Below are positions 54,896 to 64,000 of a DNA stretch of 64,000 nucleotides, piece by piece. The DNA lies in the NCBI GenBank assembly GCA_965219845.1, contig CBDCOP010000004.1:129726-193725 (forward strand), given 5' to 3'. Source of the DNA: Dehalococcoidia bacterium (lineage in GTDB: Bacteria; Chloroflexota; Dehalococcoidia; Lucifugimonadales; Australimonadaceae). The notes under the pieces are model-generated. The model did no database searches. It saw only the letters and a list, made by a program, of their open reading frames with translations, and had not been told where the DNA came from. Made by a program: the position numbers and the translations under genes. The number at the start of each line of letters is the position of its first letter. Position 1 is the stretch's first letter.

Positions 54896-55879
54896 ATGGA
54901 CACTACCGCACGAGATGGCTTCGCAGCACAGATCGGACAGCGCCAGGCAACCATGCAGTTGAGCCGGAACCGCAAGCGAGGCGCGCTGCAGGGCCACATC
55001 GTTCATTGGCTCTTCTTCGCCTGCGCGGTGATGTCCGTCATCACCACCTTCGGTATTGTTGTCAGCCTGCTGAGCCAGTCGCTCGGCTTCTTCCGGGAGA
55101 TTCCGGTCTGGGACTTCCTCTTCGGCACGAACTGGTCTCCCATCCTGAGGGACGCAGAGGGCAATCGGCACTACGGCGTGCTGCCGCTCGTAAGCGGCAC
55201 GCTCCTCGTCGCTTCCATCGCAGCGGCGGTTGCAGTGCCTGCCGGACTGGCGATAGCCATCTACCTCTCCGAGTATGCGCCGGACAAGGTCCGCCGCACC
55301 ATCAAGCCGGTCCTGGAAGTGCTTGCGGGCATCCCCACCGTCGTCTACGGGTACTTCGCTCTCACGTTCATCACCCCTCTGCTCCGAAGCATCCCGATTC
55401 GCGTTTTCCAGGAAGACCTGATCGTCTTCAATGCGCTGAGCGCCGGTCTGGTGATGGGCCTGATGATCATCCCCATGGTTTCGTCTCTCAGTGAGGACGC
55501 GATGGTCGCGGTGCCCCGGTCGCTCCGCCACGCAGCGTACGCTCTCGGCGGAACGAGGCTCGAGGTCTCGCTTCGAATAGTCGTGCCCGCCGCGTTGTCC
55601 GGCATCGTCGCCTCGTTCATCCTGGCGTTCTCACGCGCTATCGGCGAGACGATGTTGGTAACCATCGCCGCGGGCGCAACGCCGCGCCTGACCTTCAACC
55701 CCATCGAAAGCATCCAGGCGATGACTGCGTACATCGTGCAACTGGCGCACGGTGAAACCCCGCACGGCTCGCTGGAGTACAACACTATCTTCGCGGTGGG
55801 GCTGCTCCTCTTTGCCTTCACGCTCGGCATGAATGTGCTGGGGCACTTCCTGGTCCGCCGCTTCCGGGAGGAGTACTAG
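54896..55879 (+). CDS. pstC: phosphate ABC transporter permease
   Basis: Polytopic. '[12 protein letters not shown]' and the EAA-type loop '[21 protein letters not shown]' are present. Confidence 0.85.
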   Translation: MDTTARDGFAAQIGQRQATMQLSRNRKRGALQGHIVHWLFFACAVMSVITTFGIVVSLLSQSLGFFREIPVWDFLFGTNWSPILRDAEGNRHYGVLPLVSGTLLVASIAAAVAVPAGLAIAIYLSEYAPDKVRRTIKPVLEVLAGIPTVVYGYFALTFITPLLRSIPIRVFQEDLIVFNALSAGLVMGLMIIPMVSSLSEDAMVAVPRSLRHAAYALGGTRLEVSLRIVVPAALSGIVASFILAFSRAIGETMLVTIAAGATPRLTFNPIESIQAMTAYIVQLAHGETPHGSLEYNTIFAVGLLLFAFTLGMNVLGHFLVRRFREEY

Positions 55880-55880
55880 T

Positions 55881-56768
55881 ATGGCCAGGGCAGAGGTTAC
55901 AGCGCTGCTCAATCCGCGCCTTGCCGTACGCAAGCGCATCGGCACGGTGGCGTACATCGTCTTCATGTTGGCCATCCTGCTCGGACTTGCCGGACTCGCG
56001 GCGCTGCTCCTGCGCGTGCTCTGGCAGGGAGTGCCCTGGCTCAGCCTGCACTTCCTGACGGACTACCCCTCACGCTTCCCGGAGCAGGCCGGCATGAAGT
56101 CCGCAATCTTCGGAACGATATGGATCATGGCCCTCACCGGGCTGTTCACGGTGCCCGTGGGCGTTGGCGCGGCCGTCTACCTGGAAGAGTACGCGCCCAA
56201 GAACTGGTTCACCCGGATCATCGAGGTCAACATCTCCAACCTGGCGGGCGTGCCCTCGATCGTCTACGGTCTGCTCGGCCTTGCCGTATTCGTGCAGATA
56301 CTCTCCATGGGCCGAACGGTCATCGCAGGGGCGCTGACGATGTCACTCCTCGTGATGCCCATCGTCATCATCGCCTCGCGCGAGGCGATACGCGCCGTCC
56401 CGTCGACCTACCGCGAGGCGTCCTATGGTCTGGGCGCCACGAAATTCCAAACCGTGAAGGACATCGTGCTGCCGCAAGCGACGCCCGGCATCATGACAGG
56501 GACGATCCTCGCAATGTCCCGGGCCGTGGGAGAAGCGGCGCCCATGATTGCCATCAGCGCGCTCGTCTTCCTCACCTTCATCCCCACCGATCCGCTGGAC
56601 GAGTTCTCCGTGATGCCCGTACAGATCTACAACTGGGTGCAGCAGCCACAGGCCGGCTTCCGGGGCATCGCCGCCGCGGGCATCATCGTCCTCCTGGTTG
56701 TCCTGCTCTCGATGAATGCAGTGGCGATCTACATCCGCAACCGTACGCAGAAGAGGTCAGAGGAATGA
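55881..56768 (+). CDS. pstA: phosphate ABC transporter permease
   Basis: Start at Met17 (ATG 55881), right after the pstC stop. '[22 protein letters not shown]' is present. Confidence 0.85.
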   Translation: MARAEVTALLNPRLAVRKRIGTVAYIVFMLAILLGLAGLAALLLRVLWQGVPWLSLHFLTDYPSRFPEQAGMKSAIFGTIWIMALTGLFTVPVGVGAAVYLEEYAPKNWFTRIIEVNISNLAGVPSIVYGLLGLAVFVQILSMGRTVIAGALTMSLLVMPIVIIASREAIRAVPSTYREASYGLGATKFQTVKDIVLPQATPGIMTGTILAMSRAVGEAAPMIAISALVFLTFIPTDPLDEFSVMPVQIYNWVQQPQAGFRGIAAAGIIVLLVVLLSMNAVAIYIRNRTQKRSEE

Positions 56769-57556
56769 CAACGACGATGGAAACCACAGCAACCGACACG
56801 ACCCTTAGCATCTCCAACCTGGACATGTACTACGGCTCGTTCAGGGCGCTGCGGGACATCAACCTGGAGATTAAGCGGAACGCCGTCACCGCTCTCATCG
56901 GTCCTTCAGGGTCCGGCAAGAGCACGCTCCTGCGCTGCTTCAACCGCATGAACGACCTCGTTCCGGGGGCCCGCGTAGAGGGTCAGGTGCTCTTCAACGG
57001 GGAAGACATCTACCACGCCAGCATCGACCCCACGGAGATACGGCTCCGCATCGGGATGGTCTTCCAGAAACCCAACCCCTTCCCCAAGTCCATCTACGAC
57101 AACGTCGCTTTCGGGCTCCGCATCAACGGCTTCCGGGGCAACATGGACGAGGCGGTAGAGCGCTCCCTCCGAAGGGCTGCCCTGTGGGACGAGGTGAAAG
57201 ACCGCCTCAAGGCGAGCGGCCTTACCCTCTCCGGCGGACAGCAGCAGCGCCTCTGCATCGCGCGCGCCGTCGCGGTCCAGCCGGACGTGATCCTTATGGA
57301 CGAGCCCGCCTCCGCCCTCGACCCTATCTCGACCCTCGCGATAGAAGACCTCATGCGCGAACTCTGCCGCGAGTACACTATCATCGTGGTCACGCACAAC
57401 ATGCAGCAGGCAGCCAGGGCGTCCGACTGGACGGCCTTCATGACGATGGGTGAGGACCGCGCAGGCTATCTCGTCGAGGTCGGCCACACCCAGCAGATAT
57501 TCACCAACCCGCAGGACGAACGCACCGAGGGGTACATCACCGGCAGGTTCGGCTAA
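56765..57556 (+). CDS. pstB: phosphate ABC transporter ATP-binding protein
   Basis: ATG 56765 overlaps the pstA stop (ATGA). '[11 protein letters not shown]', 'GPSGSGKST', '[14 protein letters not shown]' and '[10 protein letters not shown]' are present. Confidence 0.9.
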   Translation: MTTTMETTATDTTLSISNLDMYYGSFRALRDINLEIKRNAVTALIGPSGSGKSTLLRCFNRMNDLVPGARVEGQVLFNGEDIYHASIDPTEIRLRIGMVFQKPNPFPKSIYDNVAFGLRINGFRGNMDEAVERSLRRAALWDEVKDRLKASGLTLSGGQQQRLCIARAVAVQPDVILMDEPASALDPISTLAIEDLMRELCREYTIIVVTHNMQQAARASDWTAFMTMGEDRAGYLVEVGHTQQIFTNPQDERTEGYITGRFG

Positions 57557-57587
57557 ACCGCACATCGGCGTGCCAGGAGAAGGTGAA

Positions 57588-58280
57588 ATGATGACGAACC
57601 CGATTGGCAGGCACCCGCGAGCAGTCTTCGACCGGGACCTCCAGAACCTCCAGGACGACCTCCTTGCACTCGGTAGCATGGTGGAGAAAGCCACGATCAA
57701 GTCTGTCGAAGCGCTCAAGACGCGAGACCTCGCCATGTCCCGGCAGGTCATACGCGACGACGACATCATCGACAGGAAGCGCGCCGAGCTGGAGGAACGC
57801 GCTGTCGACCTGATAGCCATCCAGCAGCCCGTCGCGTCCGACCTCCGCATGCTCATCGCCGCCCTCCACGTCTCGATGGAGCTCGAACGCATCGGCGACT
57901 ACGCGGAAGGCATCGGTAAGATCAGCCTCATGATGGGCGACCAACCGCCGATCAAGCCGCTGGTCGACATCCCCCGCATGGCCGAGAAGTCCACGGCGAT
58001 GCTGCGCGCCTCCCTCGACGCTCTGGTCAAGCACGACGTCGAGAAGGCCTACCAAGTGCTGGCTGACGATGACGAGGTCGACGCTCTCTACGACCAGGTC
58101 TACCGCGAACTGCTCCTCCTCATGGTGCAGGACCCCAAGGTCATCGAACGGGGCACCTACCTCCTCTGGACCGCCCACGACCTGGAGCGCATCGCCGACC
58201 GCGCAACGAACATCGCCGAGCAGGTGGTCTACCTCGTAACCGGCAAGCAGGTGGACTCCAGCCGCGTGTCCAAGTACTGA
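57588..58280 (+). CDS. phoU: phosphate signaling complex protein PhoU
   Basis: Start at ATG 57588. 'DDIIDRKRAELE' and two 'ELERIGDYA' / 'DLERIADRA' repeats are present. Confidence 0.9.
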   Translation: MMTNPIGRHPRAVFDRDLQNLQDDLLALGSMVEKATIKSVEALKTRDLAMSRQVIRDDDIIDRKRAELEERAVDLIAIQQPVASDLRMLIAALHVSMELERIGDYAEGIGKISLMMGDQPPIKPLVDIPRMAEKSTAMLRASLDALVKHDVEKAYQVLADDDEVDALYDQVYRELLLLMVQDPKVIERGTYLLWTAHDLERIADRATNIAEQVVYLVTGKQVDSSRVSKY

Positions 58281-58424
58281 TCCCCATCTCCGATGGAGGA
58301 CCCGAGCTGGCAACGGAACGCCCCTTCCCTGCTCGGGTTGCGCCGCTGGCGCCTGTATCGCGGCAAGCGCGTTGCCCGAGCACGCCGCATCGTCCCGGCG
58401 TCTTGTTCCTGTACGGCTACGCCT

Positions 58425-58991
58425 CTACGCGCCCGTCGATCTTGAGCGGGGACGCCTCCTCCGGGGAGCGAACGCCAGCCAGAGGATGGGCAGCACGATG
58501 CCGACACCCGCGGCAAGCGCCGCCCACGGGAACCCTCTACCCCCAGCGACATCAACCGGGAGCGTGAGCGTCGTGCTCCCCGGCTCGCCGTCGATATTGA
58601 CCGTTATCGTCCACTCGCCCGGCTCCCCCGGCTCCAGGACCGCGGTGTATTCGTTGGCGCGCAAGGATAGTGGCCGGGTAGCCGTGGCCGGCCCTGCCCG
58701 TTGTTCCCTGCGCTCGGCTTGGACAACGACGCGAGGGGTGTACGGTAACGAGATATCCGGCGTATCCGGCGCAAAGACGACGGTTACCTCCAGGAAGCCG
58801 ACGCGCGGCACGGCGGCAACGAGCACATCGTAGGGCCCGCTGGCTCCTCTGTGGATTTCGACGCTGCCCTCGTGCCTGCTGTGCGTGTGCGCCTGTGGAA
58901 CACCCAGCGTCAGGATGCAACATACGGCGCAAGCCGCAGCAAGCGCGAGCGCAGCGGCACGGCGCAGTCTGCCTTCCGCGATGCCAGGCAT
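58425..58991 (-). CDS. hypothetical exported protein with C-terminal TM anchor
   Basis: It has an N-terminal signal-like segment, a beta-rich middle and a C-terminal 'WAALAAGVGIVLPILWLAF' followed by an Arg-rich tail. It starts 4 nt after the EVE gene stop. Confidence 0.45.
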   Translation of the reverse strand: MPGIAEGRLRRAAALALAAACAVCCILTLGVPQAHTHSRHEGSVEIHRGASGPYDVLVAAVPRVGFLEVTVVFAPDTPDISLPYTPRVVVQAERREQRAGPATATRPLSLRANEYTAVLEPGEPGEWTITVNIDGEPGSTTLTLPVDVAGGRGFPWAALAAGVGIVLPILWLAFAPRRRRPRSRSTGA

Positions 58992-58995
58992 CGGG

Positions 58996-59460
58996 TTACT
59001 TGGCGTCCCCCAGGTGGAGCACCGTGTGGAACTCTTCCTCGGTGACGGGTGTGATGGAGAAGCGGTTGCCGCGCTTGAGCACGATCATGTCCGCGAGCGT
59101 AGGGTTCTCCCGCAACTCCCCCATCGTCACGATGTCCGCGAACTTCCGGTCAGCCTTGAGGTCCACCATGAACCAGAGGGGCTTATCGGGTGTGCTCTTC
59201 GGGTCGGGATGGTCGGAGTCCGGGACCCAGGCGGTGTGGTCGGGATACCCTTCCCGCACGACGGTTGCTGTGCCCACGACCCCTATCGGCTTCGCGCTCG
59301 AATGCCAGAATAGCACCCCGTCGCCCGGCTTGATGTCGTCCCGCAGCCAGTTCCGCACCTGGAAATTACGGACGCCGTCCCACTCCGCGACCCCATCGCG
59401 CACGAGGTCGTCGTAGGAGTACGTCGTCGGCTCGGACTTGAACAGCCAGTAGCGGGGCAT
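58996..59460 (-). CDS. EVE (PUA-like) domain protein
   Basis: 'RYWLFKSEPTTYSYDDL....WDGVRNFQVRNWLRDDIKPGDGVLFWHS' matches the EVE family pattern. Confidence 0.8.
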   Translation of the reverse strand: MPRYWLFKSEPTTYSYDDLVRDGVAEWDGVRNFQVRNWLRDDIKPGDGVLFWHSSAKPIGVVGTATVVREGYPDHTAWVPDSDHPDPKSTPDKPLWFMVDLKADRKFADIVTMGELRENPTLADMIVLKRGNRFSITPVTEEEFHTVLHLGDAK

Positions 59461-59492
59461 CGTGTGCTCTCTCTCCTCTCGCGGTCACATGT

Positions 59493-60449
59493 CTACGCGA
59501 ACTGCGGAGCAACTTCCTGTGCGAAACGCTCCATGATCCGGCGGTCGAACGGGCGCGGCGTCATGAGGATGAAGTGGTCTATGCCGGCGTCCACCCACCT
59601 GCCGAGCTGGTCCACGATCGCACCCGGTGGGCCGAGCAGCATGCTGTCGCGCACCTGGTCTTCCGGCGTGGTGTAATAGGAGGTCTGTTGCGTCGCGAGC
59701 GTCGCGCCTCTGGCCACGGTCGCCTCCACCTCGGACGCGTCGTCGGTCAGCTTGATCTGTATCTGCACTGAGTGGCGCATGCCGGAGAAGTCGCGTCCCG
59801 TCTCGTCGCAGACCGCTTGCATCCGGCCCATGTTCACCTTCACCTGTTCCAGCGGCGCGATCTGGTTGTAGTCGGTGGCGTGTTTCGCCGCTATCTGCAG
59901 CGTCCGGTCGCCGAGCCCCCCGACGATGATGGGTGGGTGCGGTTGCTGGACCGGCTTTGGCATCTGCGGGGCCTCGTCCAGCGAGTAGTACGTACCCTGG
60001 AATGAGGCAGGCTCCTCGGTCCATATCGCCTTGATGACAGACAACGCCTCATCCAGCCGGTCGACGCGCTCCTTGAACGGCGGGAACGGGATGCCGTGGA
60101 CGTCGAACTCGTGCTTCACGTTCCCGCTGCCGATGCCGAGTTCGGCGCGCCCGCCGGAAGCGTGGTCGATCGTGTTGACCATCTTTGCAGTTATGACGGG
60201 GTGCCGGAGGTTATTGTTTATCACCAGCATGCCCAGCCGAAGGTTCTTCGTGTGACCGGCCATTGCAGCCATCACGGTCAGCCCCTCCAGCCGCGCGGGC
60301 GTCGCCCCCCGGCCCGGGTTGATCTGCATCAGGTGATCCGACGGATAGAAGCCGTGGAAGCCGAGTTCGTCGCAGGTCTGGCATATCTCGAGGAAGTCGC
60401 TCCACTCGAGCCCCGAGCTCCCGCCGACGCTGAAGAGAACCTTGCCCAT
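59493..60449 (-). CDS. LLM-class flavin/F420-dependent oxidoreductase
   Basis: Start at Met23, after GAGGGGG. 'GFHGFYPSDHL', 'LGIGSG' and 'IVGGLGDRTLQIAAKHA' fit the luciferase-like pattern. Confidence 0.8.
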   Translation of the reverse strand: MGKVLFSVGGSSGLEWSDFLEICQTCDELGFHGFYPSDHLMQINPGRGATPARLEGLTVMAAMAGHTKNLRLGMLVINNNLRHPVITAKMVNTIDHASGGRAELGIGSGNVKHEFDVHGIPFPPFKERVDRLDEALSVIKAIWTEEPASFQGTYYSLDEAPQMPKPVQQPHPPIIVGGLGDRTLQIAAKHATDYNQIAPLEQVKVNMGRMQAVCDETGRDFSGMRHSVQIQIKLTDDASEVEATVARGATLATQQTSYYTTPEDQVRDSMLLGPPGAIVDQLGRWVDAGIDHFILMTPRPFDRRIMERFAQEVAPQFA

Positions 60450-60598
60450 GTGCGCCCCCTCGTTTGGTGTCGGGAGCATTGTAACCTCCCGCCGCGCAGG
60501 GCGAAGACTGGGCATGCGCCTGGGGGAGGGCGAAGAAGGGGGTCGGACACCGGTCCGGCCCCCTCCTTGCTCTGCGCAACTCTACCAGAGGACGCGCG

Positions 60599-61492
60599 TT
60601 AGAGCGCCATCACCCCGACGCCGGCCGTCACCAGCAGGGCGGATGCCCAGCGAGCGCGTCCCTGGCCGAACGAGGTCCTCCTGCCCAGCACGGCGCGCAC
60701 GCTCATGCCGCTCGCCACAACCCAAAACAGCAGCAGTACGGGCCTCGTCGACATGATTGCCGTGCTCAGCGATATCGGCCCCAGATCGAAGGCCATGAAC
60801 GACGCGAAGAAAGCGACAAGGATGATTGCCTGCGACCCTCCGATGGCAATGAGTGCGGGCCGCGACGTGAGCGCACGGCGCACGTTGGTCCGATTCCCGA
60901 ACCACGCCGTGCCCGCCAACCAAGGGATCGAGAACGTCCAGGACACCGCGTACATCTGCCAGATGGACATATCCTCCACCGCGGCCTTCGCCAGCACGGA
61001 ATACAGCGCCATGGCAAGGGCAGCCCCCAGGACGGCCACCAAGGAACGGTTCAGTCTGATCCGCGCGCCCGGCAACGATTGGTGCCACGACGCGACCATG
61101 ACGCCGACGGTCACGAGGACTGCAGCGCCCGCCTTCAGCGGGGTCAGCGACTCGCCCAGCAGCACGACCGCCATGACGAGCACGACCAGCGGAAATGCAT
61201 CCATGACGGGAACGACGCGTGAGATGTCCGCTTCCCTGCGGAATGCATAGCCACTGAGCAGCTGGATGGCTGCATGCAGCATCCCCGCAAGGGCCATCGC
61301 GAGAACAGGCCACGAGAACCAGTCGGGAGGAGACACGAGCAGAATAACGGCTGCAATCAGCCCATGCGGGATGCAGGCAAGCGCCGCAAACGTGGACGCC
61401 CCGTCCACGTGCCGGTCCAGCACGTACTTCTGGATCAACGAGTATGCGGTGAAGGCCACCGCGGTAACCAACGATAACACTACCCAATCCAT
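60599..61492 (-). CDS. EamA/DMT family transporter
   Basis: 297 aa with about 10 hydrophobic helices in two EamA-like halves. Confidence 0.8.
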   Translation of the reverse strand: MDWVVLSLVTAVAFTAYSLIQKYVLDRHVDGASTFAALACIPHGLIAAVILLVSPPDWFSWPVLAMALAGMLHAAIQLLSGYAFRREADISRVVPVMDAFPLVVLVMAVVLLGESLTPLKAGAAVLVTVGVMVASWHQSLPGARIRLNRSLVAVLGAALAMALYSVLAKAAVEDMSIWQMYAVSWTFSIPWLAGTAWFGNRTNVRRALTSRPALIAIGGSQAIILVAFFASFMAFDLGPISLSTAIMSTRPVLLLFWVVASGMSVRAVLGRRTSFGQGRARWASALLVTAGVGVMAL

Positions 61493-61647
61493 CTCTCTTC
61501 CTTCCCTCTCGCTTGGGCTGTGCTATGCGCTGTACCAAGTACGAGCACGCCTGTTCAGGGATGAACGCGTGCCCGGTTGGGGCGTCCGCCCCGGGACTGG
61601 AGCGGGCCGGTGGGTGTGCCTCCCACCGGAGCCGAGGCGCCAAAGCG

Positions 61648-61953
61648 TTATTCTGTTCCCTCTTCGTTCTCCTCGCCGTCCGGGTTCTCTTCCAAGGCCC
61701 CGGTTTGCACCAGGGCCTCGAGGTCAAGCACCTCGCGGATACCCGCGTAGTTGACGCCCTTGTCGGATAGCTCCGCTATGCGCACCACCAGACTCACATC
61801 GAAGTCCGAGTACAGCCGCGTACCTCCCTCCGTACGCTCGGGCTCGATGAGCCCTGCTGACTCGAATGCGCGAAGCCGGTGCTCCGGTACGCCAGTGAGT
61901 CTTGCCACTACGCTGATCGGGTACTTCCCCGTATTCTCGTCCGCGTCGACCAC
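61648..61953 (-). CDS. MerR family transcriptional regulator (HspR-like)
   Basis: 'YPISVVARLTGVPEHRLRAFESAGLIEPERTEGGTRLYSDFDV' is a MerR-type wHTH. Confidence 0.8.
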   Translation of the reverse strand: MVDADENTGKYPISVVARLTGVPEHRLRAFESAGLIEPERTEGGTRLYSDFDVSLVVRIAELSDKGVNYAGIREVLDLEALVQTGALEENPDGEENEEGTE

Positions 61954-62032
61954 ACAAGTAATCTAACAGCGCCAGAGAGATTATGCAATACCCACCCTCA
62001 GGATTCCATCGGGTTAACCTAACGATAATCTG

Positions 62033-62054
62033 GATGTTACAGGCAGGTTACATC
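62033..62054. promoter_or_regulatory. imperfect inverted repeat in the merR-uvrC divergent region
   Basis: GATGTTAC-aggcag-GTTACATC, with 7 of 8 arm positions complementary, in an AT-richer spacer. Confidence 0.2.
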
Positions 62055-62150
62055 TCCATAGCCATCAGATAGCTCTGCCGGGAGGCGGATGCGTGCACTT
62101 CTCCGCTCCGCACGGCGGAAAGCGCTCATCGCACGCGGTACACTTGGAGC

Positions 62151-64000
62151 ATGACAACCCGCGTCCGAACAGAACCGCGCGCGCCGGAGTTCGGGAATCG
62201 CCTGGGCGCCCTGCCCGCCCAGCCCGGCGTCTACCTGATGAAGTCCGCAACCGGAGCGATCCTCTACGTCGGCAAGGCTGCGAGCCTCCGCAACCGCGTG
62301 CGCTCCTACTTCCAGACGCCGCACGGCAAGGAGCCCCGCATCCAGGCGATGGTGCGCCACATCGCGGACTTCGAGTTCATCGTCACCGAGTCTGTGCAGG
62401 AAGCGCTGCTGCTGGAGAACCTGCTCATCAAGCAGCACAAGCCCTTCTACAACGCCCGGCTCAAGGACGACAAGACCTACCCTTACATCAAGATAGACCT
62501 CACGGAGGAGTTCCCGCAGGTCTACTTCACACGCCGAGTGCTCGCCGACGGCGCGCGCTACTTCGGCCCGTTCGCCAGCGCAAGCTCCGTGCGCAAGACG
62601 ATGGACCTGCTCAAGAAACTCTTCCCCTACCGCTCCTGCACGAAGGTCATCACCGGCAACGACGAGCGCCCCTGCCTCGAGTACTTCATCCACCGCTGCG
62701 TCGGCCCGTGCGTCGGCGCGGTGGATGCGGGCGGCTACGGCGAGGTGATACGCCAGGTGCTCCGCTTCCTCGAGGGCGACTCCGAGAGCGTGGAGATGGA
62801 GTTGCGCGTGAACATGGAGCGCGCCTCCGAGTCCCTCGAGTTCGAGCGCGCCGCCGTCCTGCGCGACCAGCTCCGGGCCATCGAGTCCGTCTCGCAGAAC
62901 CAGAAGGTCGTCTCGAACCGGAACGAGGATTCGGACGTCATCGCTCTCGCCTATGACAAGGGCGAGGCATGGGTCGAGCTCTTCCGCGTGCGGCGCGGCA
63001 AGCTGATCGGGCGGGACCACTTCGTGATGGAGGGCGGCGAGGCCGAAGACGAGCCCGCCCTGCTGGAGCACTTCGTCCAGCAGTTCTACGAAGCGTCCAC
63101 AGACGTGCCGGGCGCGCTGCTCATGCAGCACGACATCGAGAACGCGGCGGCCGTCGCGGACTGGCTCAGCGGCAAGCGCGGCAGGCGCGTGTCGGTCTAC
63201 CGTCCGCAGCGGGGCGAGAAGCGGCAACTCGTGCAGATGGCCGCGGCCAATGCCGTGGAGGCGCTGACGCAGCGGCGCATCCAGTGGCTCCACGAGTCGG
63301 ACAAGGTGCTGCAGGCGCTGGTGGAGCTGCAGGAGGCGCTCAATCTGCCGGAGCTGCCGCGCCGCATCGAGTGCTACGACATCTCGAACATCCAGGGCAC
63401 GAACTCGGTCGGCAGCATGGTGGTATTCGAGAGCGGGCGCCCGAAGAGCGGACACTACCGCCGGTTCCAGATAAAGGGCGTGAGCGGGGTAGACGACTAC
63501 GCCTCCATGCAGGAGATGCTGCGGAGGCGGTTCCGCAGGCTGGGCGAGCAGCGGCGGGCCGAGGCGACCGCTCCCCTGCCCGACGGCGCAGACACGACGA
63601 ACGGACCCGACGGGCCGCCCGACGATGGGCGAGCTTCGCAGAACTCGTTCGGGTTCGTGCCGGGTCTCGTCATCATCGACGGGGGCAAGGGACACCTGAA
63701 TGCGGCGCAGCAGGTGTTCCTCGAGCTGGGGCTGACCGACATCCCGCTCTGCTCGCTGGCGAAGCGTGAGGAGGAGGTATTCCTGCCGCATGTGCCGGAG
63801 CCGGTGCTGCTGCCCCGGCGCTCGCAGGGTCTGTACCTCGTACAGCGCGTGCGGGACGAAGCGCACCGGTTCGCCATCACGTACCATCGCCAGCGACGCT
63901 CGCGGGCCGCCACGCGCTCGCGGCTCGACGACGCGCCAGGCATCGGGCCGAAGCGCCGCCGCGAGCTGATACGCCGCTTCGGCAGCGCTGCGGGTGTCCG
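62151..64000 (+). CDS. uvrC: excinuclease ABC subunit C (3'-truncated by the window end)
   Basis: My own translation from ATG 62151 reads 'PGVYLMKSATGAILYVGKAASLRNRVRSYF' (GIY-YIG), then 'FERAAVLRDQL' (UVR) and 'IECYDISNIQG'. It has no stop before 64000, which is why it is absent from the ORF track. The 616-aa minus-strand ORF 62037..63887 is its shadow. Confidence 0.9.
   Translation, partial: MTTRVRTEPRAPEFGNRLGALPAQPGVYLMKSATGAILYVGKAASLRNRVRSYFQTPHGKEPRIQAMVRHIADFEFIVTESVQEALLLENLLIKQHKPFYNARLKDDKTYPYIKIDLTEEFPQVYFTRRVLADGARYFGPFASASSVRKTMDLLKKLFPYRSCTKVITGNDERPCLEYFIHRCVGPCVGAVDAGGYGEVIRQVLRFLEGDSESVEMELRVNMERASESLEFERAAVLRDQLRAIESVSQNQKVVSNRNEDSDVIALAYDKGEAWVELFRVRRGKLIGRDHFVMEGGEAEDEPALLEHFVQQFYEASTDVPGALLMQHDIENAAAVADWLSGKRGRRVSVYRPQRGEKRQLVQMAAANAVEALTQRRIQWLHESDKVLQALVELQEALNLPELPRRIECYDISNIQGTNSVGSMVVFESGRPKSGHYRRFQIKGVSGVDDYASMQEMLRRRFRRLGEQRRAEATAPLPDGADTTNGPDGPPDDGRASQNSFGFVPGLVIIDGGKGHLNAAQQVFLELGLTDIPLCSLAKREEEVFLPHVPEPVLLPRRSQGLYLVQRVRDEAHRFAITYHRQRRSRAATRSRLDDAPGIGPKRRRELIRRFGSAAGV

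Overview
A 64-kb bacterial chromosomal segment with high GC: the coding lines I hand-counted are about 65-72% GC. I ran no database search, so every product call rests on motifs I recognise in the supplied ORF translations. The gene repertoire includes amidohydrolase-2 paralogs, an LLM-type oxidoreductase, MFS transporters and dense palindromic repeats that translate as '[11 protein letters not shown]'. This is reminiscent of Chloroflexota, but that is inference only.

Housekeeping content:
- NAD salvage: pncB and pncA.
- Lysine pathway: dapF and dapL.
- hflX, an S41 protease, and smpB plus tmRNA.
- A liv-type branched-chain amino acid ABC transporter (five genes).
- dnaN, a c-type cytochrome, a crotonase, tRNA-Arg(TCT), bcp, modAB and ccdA.
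- A complete pho cluster: phoB/phoR-like pair and pstSCAB-phoU.
- An EVE-domain protein, an EamA transporter, a MerR regulator and the 5' part of uvrC.

Accessory or unusual content:
1. A lower-GC two-gene cassette between dapF and dapL, encoding a membrane-anchored protein and a minimal PD-(D/E)xK nuclease.
2. Five phased 22-bp operator-like repeats with a Fur-box-like core upstream of a DUF4143 AAA ATPase.
3. Three families of palindromic interspersed repeats. They fill intergenic DNA and are also translated in frame inside two tandem esterase paralogs.
4. An apparently intact low-GC type II R-M pair.
5. A second, decaying island carrying a Dam-like methylase (frameshift), a NotI-like nuclease (in-frame TAG) and an AAA_25/RepA-like ATPase (frameshift).
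6. An orphan MT-A70 methyltransferase.
7. A small protein built from eight 11-residue repeats.
8. A DUF4160/DUF2442 gene pair.

Many long ORFs in the six-frame track are antisense shadow ORFs typical of high-GC DNA, and I did not annotate them.
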